DNA from: Octopus sinensis
Taxonomy: Eukaryota
Length of the DNA: 64,000 nucleotides
NCBI RefSeq assembly: GCF_006345805.1
Contig: NW_021831986.1
Span: 124,001-188,000, forward strand
Direction of reading: 5' to 3'
Made by a program: the position numbers and the translations under genes. This document shows, piece by piece, positions 12,572 to 25,309 of the stretch; within the stretch, counting starts at the first letter, position 1, and each line of letters begins with the position of its first letter. Below the pieces are notes generated by a model, which did not search any database, was not told the origin of the DNA, and was given only the letters and a program-made list of their open reading frames with translations.

Positions 12572-15500
12572 TATGTTTGACTTTTGCTTTATGTCTGTAC
12601 AATTTGGCTCCAAGTCTCACCCAGAAACCTCAAGAGACAACAGGTTGGAAGTTCTGTGCCATATATTTGGGGTTTTTTTACGGTGTTGTACTAGTGAATG
12701 TCTAATACATAAAAATAAAAAAATAAATAAAATACAAAAATAAAAAAAAAGTTTGTTTTAAACCTTGGGATTACATAGAGAGTATTTTGCGTAGGATATG
12801 AGCAGTTCCCATGAGCACTATCTTTTGAATTTCTGCCATTTTGGGGTTTCCTGGTATCTGAGATAGGTAGCAATGAGTCCCTTTCGCTATCATTCCCAGG
12901 GCACCTATGACAACAGGTATTGTTTTAGTCTTCAGCTTCCACATTTTGCTGATTTCTATTTCAAGATCTTTATATTTGCTCAGTTTTTGGTAGGTCTTGA
13001 CAGATACGTTTATATCGATTGGGACAGTCATATCAATGAGGAGGCATGTTCTTTGTTTGAAGTCTTTCAATATGATGTCTGGCCTATTTGCATCTATCTT
13101 CCTGTCAGTTTGAATGGTGAAGTTCCAGAGGAGTGAGATGTGGTCATTTTCAAGCACTGGAGGTGGATTGTGTTCCCACCAGTTTTTTCATGGGGCAAAT
13201 CCAGGTTTTTGCAGATTACCCAGTGAATATATTGTGCATCTCTATCATGCCTGTTGAGTTACTCTGTAGGCGCAAGAAGACTGCATTTGGAGACAACATG
13301 ATCAATGGTTTCATTTTGTTGTCGGCATACACGGCATGTTGGGCTACTTCCGTTCTTTAATATGTTGGCCTGGTAGTTTCTTGTTGGTAGGCATTGATCT
13401 TGAGCTGCTATGATAAACCCCTCTGTTATTTGCCACAGAGAGGTTTTTCTTGCCATTTATCATTCAGAATATCTAAGGCCGCAGTTTTGGCACGGGTTTT
13501 CATGCGCCTAGCTTTTTCTGTGCTTGTTTCTTGTATGTCTATCTCTAATTCCGAAATTGGCTGTATTCGGAATTCACTTAGATATTCCTTTGCCTGTTTT
13601 GTGACTGAGTATGATGCTTTCTTGTTTTCATGTTTTGAGACAAGTTTTAACATCCAGTCCTCAGAGTTTTTCAGGTAGGTGTCTAGGCCAATTGTAGCAA
13701 TCTTCATTGATATTGCCAGTTGCAAAAGACAACGGCCTCCCACTTTTCTTGGCAGATAGAGTCCTTCTGTATCTGCCTTAGGGTGGTGTATTCTATGCAT
13801 TGTCAACAGTTTCCTTATTATTCTGTTGAGCTGACATATTTCAGTAATTGACCAGTTAACAATATTGAAACTGTAAGTCACGACTGGTATGGCTAATGCA
13901 TTGATCGGTTCGATCCTGTTTCTTGCATTCAGCTCTGTCTTGAGTATTGCTCTCACTCTTCGATAGCATTCTCTCCTGATCCTTTCCTTCATCTCTGAAT
14001 GCCTTATTCGGTTCCCTTCAATTACCCCTAGGTACTTGTAGCTCTCCGCTGGGTCTAGTTCTTTTATGACATTCTGATGGTGAAGGTTAACGTTAGATGT
14101 TTCTGTCATTTTTCTTTTGATGAAGGTAGCTTTTGCACATTTATCGAGGCCGAATTGCATTCTGATGTCGTCACTGAATTGTTTGACTATCGCTAGTAAG
14201 CCCTTGAGTTGTTGGTCATTTTTTGCAAAAAGCTTTAAATCATCCATGTAAATGAGATGATTTATATTTTTATCAAACATTTTATACCCATACTGCGCAT
14301 CATTGAGCAGCTTTGAGAGAGGTATTAAGGATAAACAAAAGAGGAGTGGTGACAGTGAGTCACCCTGGAAAATGCCACACGAAAATTGTACATCACCAGC
14401 ATTTAGGGATTCATTGTCACTGTTCAGAGTTAGTGTGGTTCTCCATGATCTCATACTTACAGTCAAGAAGTTTCGCAGAGCAGGTTTCTTCTTATACATG
14501 TCTAGGTATTTCTTAATCCAGCTATGTGGTAGGCTATCAAAAGCCGTTTTATAGTCTATCCAGGCTATTGATAAGTTTTTGTGTGGTTTGTGACAATTTT
14601 CTAAGATCCTCTTATTGATGAGTAGTTGGTCTTTACATTCGTAGGATCCACGTTTACATCCTTTCTGTTCATTAGGGTATATGCTGTTGTCTGTTAAAAA
14701 ACTATAGGTATATTCCGCCAGGACAGATGTTAGCGTTTTGTACATAGTTGTTAAGCAGGTTATGGGTCTATAGTTTTTTGGTTCATTCTTTTCTTCGCTT
14801 TTTGGAAGCAGGAATATTAACCCATTAACTAGCCAAGGAGGCATCCTACTAGGGTGTTGAAAAACATCTTTGTACAGTTCTATTAGCAGTTCATGGCTCT
14901 CTGGGAAGGCATTCAGCCAGAAGTTAGGAATTTTATCCTTTCCTGGAGACTTCCATTTGCTTGACCTCCTGAGAGCAGATCTTATATCCTCTACCTTGAC
15001 ACCCTTCCACTTTTGCTCTTCTAAGGGGTCCAGTTCTGTAGATATTCTGTCAATCCAGGGGGCCTTTTCGTTGTGTGTTTTTTCTTCTGCCCAGATTTTA
15101 TTCCCAAATCCCTGCACTTCTTTTGATGGTACAGACCTTGCAGTAAACGCTGTTTTTCCTATTTTCCTGTAAAAATTCTTGGTGTTATTTTTGAATATGT
15201 TGTTGTCCTTGAAAAATCTCACACGCTTTTCATACCTCGCTATGCGGGCAGCTTTGGCAGATACCTTTTGTTTGATGGTTTCTATGGTGGCATCAATATC
15301 ATGTATAGTTTTCATATTGTATTTTTTCAGTAATTTTGGGGTTTTTGTAGGTTTGGTAGTCTTGTGAGCCTTAAGGTTTTTCAAATATTCAATGTCAGAT
15401 CTAAATATTTTAATTTGTTGTTGCAGACGCGCTTGCCAAGAAGGCTTTTTGTGGGAATGTTGCCGTTTTCTAATCCTCACACCACATAGGATCGTTGAGA

Positions 15501-16619
15501 TTTTCGCGGATGCATAGTATAGGTGTTTGAGGTTTGTGATATCAACATCATTAGCTGAAATTATATCCTTAAGTGCAAGCCGGATTTTACCAATTATTTT
15601 CATGTTTTGGTTAGAGTTGCGGATTTTATGAAGTGTATCACGTTCATCCATGCTGGTTTCTTTAATTTTCAGCCATTCAATCATGATTTGATTTTTTAGC
15701 TGATGTAGTTCTGTTGGGTCAATATTTGTGTGACTTTCTTTATCTATTTGATGCTCATCTGTCTTAGTGTTTATGATTGGTTCAGGGAGTATTTCACTTT
15801 GCCTATCACTTATACTAACTCTTTCAATCCTCACTTCGTTTTTATCAGCCCTGGGCTGGTCTATAATTATTTCCTCTGCATTATCTTCTCTAGCTGCAGC
15901 TTCGTTCATTTTATCCGATATTGCTTGTCTAACTTGATCAATCTCTACTTCAGTCAGTAATTTTTTTTTTATAATGTTTCTTCTGACGTTGGCAAGTTTG
16001 TTACTGTCTATGTAGGGTCTTACTTTAGGGTGTTTCTGTCTCCAGTTTAAGTATGCTTGTACAGTGTTAGATTTATCTGTGGGGAAATATATGGCATGGT
16101 AGAAGGCCTCAAGAACTTCTTTATTATCTTCCCTAGACCATTTTTCCTTCTTTTTCTTTTGATTATTTGGTGATGAGCATGGATGGTCATCTGTTGAAAT
16201 ATTCCGGTTGTGGGGTACGTCCAGCTCCTGTGTGTTGGGAAGATTTGATCCAGTAGCTGATTTTTCAATCAGAATTTGGTTCAATTTTCGGGTACGTGGT
16301 CTTTTGTAATCCGCGCAACGACCAATGCGGCTTATTGTTTGATTTGTTGGCCTTGAAGCACGACGAGCTTCCATTCTTATATTAGGAGATGGATCTGTCA
16401 GTTTATGGTTCACTACATGTAAGCATTGCTCATAGCGCCGCTTCTTAAGACTAGCAGATCTATATTCGTCTGTATTTTTTTGTTGATAGTTTTATCTCCG
16501 AACATTTTTTTCCCCCTCTTCCTTTCTTCAAGTCTCACTCTGCCTGTATTAGTTCGAAATAATGAGAATAAAATACGGAGAAGGAAAAGAAAAAAAGGGA
16601 AAAAGACGGGATCTGTTAG
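12572..16619 (-). mobile_element. Full-length R4/Dong family A element (~4.05 kb), inactivated
   Basis: 3' end joined to (TAA)n; 5' end ...gggatctgttag matches 40218-40229; single long ORF with a ~79 bp deletion at ~13428 and a stop at 13259. Confidence 0.9.
12771..16505 (-). pseudogene. Family A polyprotein: N-terminal KWSREDN Myb-like motif, RT (YMDD), CCHC, RLE
   Basis: ORF pieces 13426-16413 (995 aa), 13259-13456 and 12771-13157; probable ATG at 16505 from comparison with the second copy. Confidence 0.88.
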
Positions 16620-17474
16620 TTATTACTGTTATTACTATCACCTTCACCACCATCACCATAATCAGCAACATCACCATCACCATCATCAGCAACATCACCA
16701 TCACCATCATCATCATCAATGACATTGTTTTATATGTAGCCACAGCCAATATCAACACTCCTACTGTCATTGTGTGGGAGAATGGTTGGTTAAAGAATTC
16801 ATGTTCTTTGGGTCTATAAATAGATTCGGCCGATGGTGGAGACAAAGGACGTTAATGGTCAGTAAAAAGTCAAGCTTGTTTACATTTATTTATTTATTTA
16901 TTTATTTATTTTTTCTTTCTCTTTTCTTCCTCTCCACAAACATATGTATATGTATACTCACTCACACATATTATCTGATATTTACGTCGATGATTTTTTT
17001 TAATAAAAAACTTTCTGAGTTCAATGTTATGTATATATTTTAAAAATTTCTGAATTTAGTTGTATGTATATATTAGTAGGTGCTTAATTCCATAACTTTT
17101 TATCGTGCATTTAATTGTGTTGTTACAATAAAAGGTAATTTAAAAGGCAATTTTACACATTCTTATAGTCATGAGAGACGACTAAATGTAAATGTTCACA
17201 CAGAATTGGAGATATTTATGTTTCTAATTTTTCTTGTTAGGTGCACGTTTGTATGAGCTGTAAATATGTAAGTTTTTTAACTTATTTTGAGGGAAATTCA
17301 AATTACTCACAGAAAACAGTAGATCTTCCAGTTTTCTACAGTTGTTTTTTTACCGTTGTCCTGCTGGGTTCGCTGTTGCCAGTTCAGAGCATCGTAAAAA
17401 TACGTCCATCGCCTGTCACGTCCAGCCGCCTTCCATTATTATTATTATAATTATTATTATTATTATTATTATTA

Positions 17475-17511
<37 letters not shown>

Positions 17512-17526
17512 TATTATTATTATCAC

Positions 17527-17572
<46 letters not shown>

Positions 17573-17614
17573 TTATTATTATTATTATATTATTATTATA
17601 TTATTATTATTATT

Positions 17615-20425
17615 CTATGTTTGACTTTTGCTTTATGTCTGTACAAGTTGGCTCCAAGTCTCACCCAGAGACCTCAAGAGACAACAGCTTGGAAGTTCTG
17701 TGCCATATATTGGGGTTTTTTTTTTTTTGGTGTTGTACTAGTGAATGTCTAATACATAAAAATAATAAATGAATAAATTAATTTTAAAAAATAAATAAAT
17801 AAAAATAAAAAAATTAAAAAAATTTTTTAAAATAAAGAAATAAAATAAAATAAAATAAAATAAAATTAAAAAAAATTTAAATAAATAAACAAAAAAGTTT
17901 GTTTTAAACCTTGGGATTACATAGAGAGTATTTTGCGTAGGATATGAGCAGTTCCCATGAGCACTGTCTTTTGAATTTCTGCCATTTTGGGGTTTCCTGG
18001 TATCTGAGTTAGGTAGCAATGAGTCCCTTTCGCTATCATTCCCAGGGCACCTATGACAACAGGTATTGTTTTAGTCTTCAGCTTCCACATTTTGCTGATT
18101 TCTATTTCAAGATCTTTATACTTGCTCAGTTTTTTGGTAGGTCTTGACAGACACGTTTATATCGATTGGGACAGTCATATCAATGAGGAGGCATTTTCTT
18201 TGTCTGAAGTCTTTCAATATAATGTCTGGCCTATTTGCATCTATCTTCCTGTCAGTTTGAATGGTGAAGTTCCAGAGGAGTGAGATGTGGTCATTTTCAA
18301 GCACTGGAGGTGGATTGTGTTTCCACCAGTTTTTTTCATGGGGCAAATCCAGGTTTTTGCAAATTACGCAGTGAATATATTGTGCAGCTCTATCATGCCT
18401 GTTGAGGTACTCTGTAGGCGCTAGAAGACTGCATTTGGAGACAACATGGTCAATGGTTTCATTTTGTTGTCGGCATACACGACATGTTGGGCTACTGCTG
18501 TTCTTTAATATGTTGGCCTGGTAGTTTCTTGTTGGTAGGCATTGATCTTGAGCTGCTATGATAAACCTCTCTGTTTCAGATTTTAAGCCAGAGGCCATTA
18601 GCCATTGATGGGTCAGGGCTTTGTCGATATCTGCATTATTCGCTCTCTTTGGGTATTTGCCATAGAGAGGATTTTCTTGCCATTTATTATTCAGAATATC
18701 TAAGGCCGCAGTTTTGGCACGGGTTTTCATGCGCCTAGCTTTTTCTGCGCTTGTTTCTTGTATATCTCTCTCTAATTCCGAAATTGGTTGTATTCGGAAT
18801 TCACTTAGATATTCCTTTGCCTGTTTTGTGACTGAGTATGATGCTTTCTTGTTTTCATGTTTTGAGACAAGTTTTAACATCCAGTCCTCAGAGTTTTTCA
18901 GGTAGGTGTCTAGGCCAATTGTAGCAATCTTCATTGATATTGCCAGTTGCAAAAGACCACGGCCTCCCTCTTTTCTTGGCAGATAGAGTCGTTCTGTATC
19001 TGCCTTAGGGTGGTGCATTCTATGCATTGTCCACAGTTTGCTTATTTTTCTGTCGAGCTGACATATTTCAGTAATTGACCAGTTAACAATATTGAAACTG
19101 TAAGTCACGACTGGTATGGCTAATGCATTGATCGCTTCGATCCTGTTTCTTGCATTCAGCTCTGTCTTGAGTATTGCTCTCACTCCTCGATAGCATTCTC
19201 TCCTGATCCTTTCCTTCATCTCTGAGTGCCTTATTCCGTTCCCTTTAATTACCCCTAGGTACTTGCAGCTCTCCGCTGGGTCTAGTTCTTTTATGACATT
19301 CTGCTGGTCAAGGTTAACGTTAGATGTTTCTGTCATTTTCCCTTTGATGAAGGTAGCTTTTGCACATTTATCGAGGCCGAATTGCATTCTGATGTCGTCA
19401 CTGAATTGTTTGACTATCGCTAGTAAGCCCTTGAGTTGTTGGTCATTTTTTGCAAAAAGCTTTAAATCATCCATGTAAATGAGATGATTTATATTTTTAT
19501 CAAACATTTTATACCCGTACTGCGCGTCATTGAGCAGCTTTGAGAGAGGTATTAAGGATAAACAAAAGAGGAGTGGTGACAGTGAGTCACCCTGGAAAAT
19601 GCTACACGAAATTTTTACATCACCAGTATTTAGGGATTCATTGTCACTGTTCAGAGTTAGTGTGGTTCTCCATGATCTCATACTTACAGTCAAGAAGTTT
19701 CGCAGAGTAGGTGCTATCTAATACATTTCTAGGCATTTCCTAATCCAGCTATGTGGTAGGCTATCAAAAGCCTTTTTATAGTCTATCCAGGCTATTGATA
19801 AGTTTTTGTGTGGTTTGTGACAATCTTCTAAGATCATCTTATTGATGAGTAGTTGGTCTTTACAGTCGTAGGATCCACGTTTACATCCTTTCTGTTCATT
19901 ATGGAATATGCTGCTGTCTGTTAAAAAACTATAGGTATATTCCGTCAGGACAGATGTTAGTGTTTTGTACATAGTTGTTAAGCAGGTTATGGGTCTATAG
20001 TTTTTTGGTTCATTTGTTTCTTCGCTTTTTGGAAGAAGGAATGTTAACCCATTAACTAGCCAAGGAGGCATCCTACAAGGGTGTTGCAAAACATCATTGT
20101 ACAGTTCCGTTAGCAGTTCATGGCTCTCTGGGAAGTCATTCAGCCAGAAGTTAGGAATTTTATCCTTTCCTGGAGACTTCCATTTGCTTGACCTCCTGAG
20201 AGCAGATCTTATATCTTCTACCTTGACACCCTCCCACTTTTGCTCTTCTAAGGGGTCCAGTTCTGTAGATAATCTTTCAATCGTTGTGCGTTTTTTCTTC
20301 TGCCCATATTTTATTCAAAAATCCCTGCACTTCTTCTTTAGATGGTACAGACCTTGCAGTAAACACTGTTTTTCCTATCTTCCTGTAAAAATTCTTGGTG
20401 TTATTTTTGAACATGTTGTTGTCCT
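17615..20425 (-). mobile_element. Family A element, 5'-truncated, disrupted
   Basis: ORFs 18116-19693 and 19718-20089; 3'UTR; ATT repeat on both sides. Confidence 0.9.
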
Positions 20426-20456
20426 ATTATTATTATTATTATTACTATTATTATTA

Positions 20457-20563
<107 letters not shown>

Positions 20564-20638
20564 TTCATTATTATCATTATTATTATTATTATCATTATTA
20601 TCATCATTATTTTCATTATTATTATTATTATTATTATT

Positions 20639-22471
20639 CTGTGTTTGACTTTTGCTTTATATTTGTACAAGTTGGCTCCAAGTCTCACCCAGAGACATCA
20701 AGAGACAACAGGGTTGGAAGTTCATGTTGTTGTTATGCCTAGTGTGCCATATATTTGGGTGGTGGGGTGTTGTACTAATGAATGTCTAAAAAATTTTTAT
20801 TTTATTTTCTTTTTTAAACCGAAAATTATGTTTGTTTTAAACCTTGAGATTACATAGAAAGTATTTTGCGTAGGATATGAGCAGTTCCCATGAGCACTAT
20901 CTTTTGAATTTCTGCCATTTTTGGATTTCCTGGTATCTGAGTTAGGTAGCTATCAGCCCCTTTTGCTATCATTCCCAGGGCACCTATGACAACAGGTATT
21001 GTTTTAGTCTTCAGCTTCCACATTTTGCTGATTTCTATTTCAAGATCTTTATATTTGCTCAGTTTTTGGTAGGTCTTGACAGATACGTTTATATCGATTG
21101 GGACAGTCATATCAATGAGGAGGCATGTTCTTTGTTTGAAGTCTTTCAATATGATGTCTGGCCTATTTGCATCTATCTCTCTGTCAGTTTGAACGGTGAA
21201 GTTCCAGAGGAATGAGATGTGGTCATTTTCAAGCACTGGAGGTGGTTTGTGTCCCCACCAGTTTTTTTCATGGGGCAAATCCAGGTTTTTACAGATTACC
21301 CAGTGAATATATTGTGCAGCTCTATCGTGCCTGTTGAGATACTCTGTAGGCGCTAGAAGACTGCACTTGGAGACCACATGGTCAATGGTTTCATTTTGTT
21401 GCTTGCATACCCGACACATTGGACTGCTTCTGATCTTTAATATGTTGGCCTGGTAGTTTCTTGTTGGTAAGCATTGATCTTGAGCTGCTATGATAAACCC
21501 CTCTGTTTCAGATTTAAGCCAGGAGCCATTAGCCATTGATGGGTCAGGGCTTTGTCAACATCTGCATTATTTGCTCTCTTTGGGTATTTGCCATAGAGAG
21601 GTTTTTCTTGCCATTTATCATTCAGAATATCTAAGGCCGCAGCTTTAGCACGGGTCATGCGCCTAGCTGTTTCTGTGCCTGTTTCTTGTATGTCTATCTC
21701 TAATTCCGAAATTTGTTGTATTCGGAATTCACTTAGATATTCCTTTGTCTGTTTTGTTACTGAGTATGATGCTTTCTTGTTTTCATGTTTTGAGACAAGT
21801 TTTAACATCCAGGCCTCAGAGATTTTCAGGTAGGTATCTAGGCCAATTGTAGCAATCTTCATTGTTATTGCCAGTTGTAAAAGTCCAGGCCTCCCTCTTT
21901 TCTTGGCAGCTAAAATCGTTCTGTATCTGACTTAGGGTGGTGCATTCTATGCATTGTCAACAGTTGTTGTATTTTTCTGTCAAGATTACATATTTCAGTC
22001 ATTGACCAGTTAACATTATTGAAACTGTAAGTCACGACTGGTATGGCTAATGCATTGATCGTTTCGATCCTGTTTCTCGCATTCAGCTCTGTCTTGAGTA
22101 TTGCTCTTACTCTGTGATAGCATTCTCTCCTGATCCTTTCCTTCATCTCTGAATGCCTTATTCCTTCTCCTTCAATTACCCCTAGATATTTGTAGTTCTC
22201 TGCTGGGTCTAATTCTTTTATGACATTCTGCTGGTCAAGGTTAACGTTAGATATTTCTGTCATTTTTCCTTTGATAAAGGTAGCTTTTGCACACTTATCA
22301 AGGCCAAATTGCATTCTGATGTCATCACTGAATTGTTTGACAATCGCAAGTAAGCCCTTGAGTTGTTGGTCATTTTTTGCAAAGAGCTTTAAATCATCCA
22401 TGTAAATGAGATGATTTATATTTTTATCAAACATTTTATATCCGTACTGCGCGTCATTGAGCAGTTTTGAG

Positions 22472-22472
<1 letters not shown>
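20639..22472 (-). mobile_element. Family A element (GADSY subfamily), 5'-truncated
   Basis: ORFs 20850-21536, 21488-21862 and 21910-22434. Confidence 0.9.
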
Positions 22473-22522
<50 letters not shown>

Positions 22523-22526
22523 GTTA

Positions 22527-22921
22527 CTCTTTTTTTCTTCTTTCAAATTTGCTTCCATTTCTTGCCGAGTGTCTTCCCGACTCCTAGGGCAAAGAAACTC
22601 ATAGTATACATTGGTAGGCCATTAAACCAAACTCAATAGTTCGTTCATTTTTTTATTTATTTTTAAGTTAAATTAAAATACATTAGCAGCAACGGTTCTC
22701 ATATCGACAATGCTCTTCTCAATACGTGTGATGTACCAGTTAAGACAATCTTTTGCACTTCTTGCAGGGATGGTAAGCCAGGGATCATTCTCATATAATT
22801 TTCGGTTCCCTTCTTGATCATTCGTAGTGCACCTACGATCACTGGTATTGTAACCGCCTTGAGATGCCACATTTTCTCAATTTCAATGAGTAGGTCTTTA
22901 TATTTTCTGAGCTAGTAGGTC

Positions 22922-22923
<2 letters not shown>
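22527..22923 (-). mobile_element. Family C 3' fragment
   Basis: Matches 56327-56710; encodes ...VQKIVLTGTSHVLRRALSI*. Confidence 0.88.
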
Positions 22924-22980
<57 letters not shown>

Positions 22981-23350
22981 ATTATTATTATTATCATTAT
23001 TGTTATTATTATTGTAATTGTTACTGTTAATGTTGTTGTTGCTATTTTTATTGTTGTTGTTGTTGGTGTTGTTGTTATTATTATTATTATTATCATTATC
23101 ATTACTATTATTATTATTATTAATATTATTATTATTATTATGATTATTATTATTATTATCATTAATACCATTATTATTATTATTAATATTATTATTATTA
23201 TCAATATTACCATCATTCTTCTTCTTCTTCTTATTATTATTATTGTTGTTATTTTTATTGTTATTGTTATTGCTGTTGTTGTTGTTATTATTATTATTGT
23301 TATTATCATTATCAATATTATTATTATTATTATTATCATCATCATTATTG

Positions 23351-23423
<73 letters not shown>

Positions 23424-23460
23424 GTTGTTATTATTATTATTATTATCATCATCATTATTG

Positions 23461-23498
<38 letters not shown>

Positions 23499-23568
23499 GT
23501 TGTTGTTATTATTATTATTATTATCATTATTATTATTATTATTATTATTATTGCTATTATTATTATTG

Positions 23569-23602
<34 letters not shown>

Positions 23603-23614
23603 CATCATCATTAT

Positions 23615-23801
23615 TAAGATGGTGAGCTGGTGCAATCGTTAGCACGCTGGACGAAGTGCTGAGCTGCAACTGCATTTCACACATCACTACCTTCTGAATT
23701 CAGATTCTTGTTCGGATCAAATGAGAATCTGCGGACAATTGGGGTTGATGTGAACTAATTGCCCTTCGACACAATTTCAGGCCTTGTGCCTAGAGTACAA
23801 A
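23615..23801 (+). mobile_element. tRNA-derived SINE copy
   Basis: Box A-like TGGTGAGCTGG; homologous to 11064-11250. Confidence 0.75.
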
Positions 23802-23803
23802 TG

Positions 23804-23838
<35 letters not shown>

Positions 23839-23879
23839 TATTATTATTGTTGTAATTATTATTATTATTATTATTATCA

Positions 23880-23910
<31 letters not shown>

Positions 23911-24042
23911 TATTATTATTGTTGTAATTATTATTATTATTATTATTATATTATTATTATTATTTTATTATTATTATTATATTACTATTATTATTATTGT
24001 TGTAATTATTATTATTATTATTATTATCATCATCATCATTAT

Positions 24043-24230
24043 TAAGATGGTGAGCTGGTGCAATCGTTAGCACGCTGGACGAAGTGCTGAGCTGCAACTG
24101 CATTTCACCCATCACTACCTTCTGAATTCAAATTCTTGTTCGGATGAAATGATTATCTGCGGAGCATTAGGGTCGACGCGATCTAATTGCCCCTCGGCAC
24201 ATTTTTAGGCCTTGTGCCTAGAGTACAAAT
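24043..24230 (+). mobile_element. tRNA-derived SINE copy (probable local duplicate of 23615)
   Basis: First ~65 bp identical to the 23615 copy. Confidence 0.75.
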
Positions 24231-24236
24231 TATTAA

Positions 24237-24303
<67 letters not shown>

Positions 24304-24343
24304 TATTATTATTTTATTATTATATTATTATATTATTATCATT

Positions 24344-24555
24344 CAGTAGTTTTATTTTTATAGCGTGCTTTCACTTCACTACCGAGCGCAGCTCTGTGTG
24401 CCTTGGGTATGTGCTGTGATTTGTTGTGATGCTCTGATGGTTACTGTATTGAAAGTGTTCTGCGTAGGATGTGTGCAGTGCCTAGTAGTGGCAATTTTCT
24501 GTATGTTATATGTGTTTGTAAGTCCTGGTGTTTTTGTTATGTATTTGTCTGAATA

Positions 24556-24556
<1 letters not shown>
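24344..24556 (-). mobile_element. Family B 3' fragment, plus a ~40 bp deleted remnant at 24604-24646
   Basis: Matches 25307-25525. Confidence 0.88.
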
Positions 24557-24590
<34 letters not shown>

Positions 24591-24760
24591 TATTATTATT
24601 ATTTAGTAGTTTTATTACTTCACTACCGACCGCAGCTCTGTGTGTATTATTATTATTATTATTATTTTTTTTTTTCAATTTTTCAATCATCATCATCATC
24701 ATCATCATCATCATTACCATTATTATTATTATTATTATATTATTATCATTATTATTATTA

Positions 24761-24792
<32 letters not shown>

Positions 24793-24805
24793 TATTATTA
24801 TTATA

Positions 24806-24894
<89 letters not shown>

Positions 24895-25055
24895 ATATAA
24901 AGGATTGAGGTAACTCCTCCTGAAGATATAGAGTTAAAATTAAAAGAAGAGTGCCATTGTTATCTAGTGAACAATATTTCGACATCACGTGTGTCTTCAA
25001 CTGGTTCAAAAAATAAATTTGTCAATCTACATCATTTTGGTTAATATATAAAGGA

Positions 25056-25229
25056 TTCCTTTCAACACATGGCTATGATGCTCCCCCACTACTTCTCTTC
25101 ATGATCATGTTCTCAGCCACTATGGGACATGGTCAACTGGTTAAGGTCAAACAACTGACAAGCAAATCTGTGGTATTGAGCAGAATATTTGTTATAGCCC
25201 ATATTTTATACCAAGACAAAATAATGTAC

Positions 25230-25230
<1 letters not shown>
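25056..25230. repeat. Fragment of the unclassified interspersed repeat at 45296-45853
   Basis: catggctatgatgctccccc...gtggtattgagcagaatattt...ataccaagacaaaa is shared with ~45606-45782. Confidence 0.8.

Positions 25231-25306
<76 letters not shown>

Positions 25307-25309
<3 letters not shown>

Noticed and set aside
16620-17040. Long 5'UTR of family A (shared with 40230-40592)
   Set aside because: The start of the same flank follows families C/F at 63727-63840, so it is better explained as duplicated host DNA
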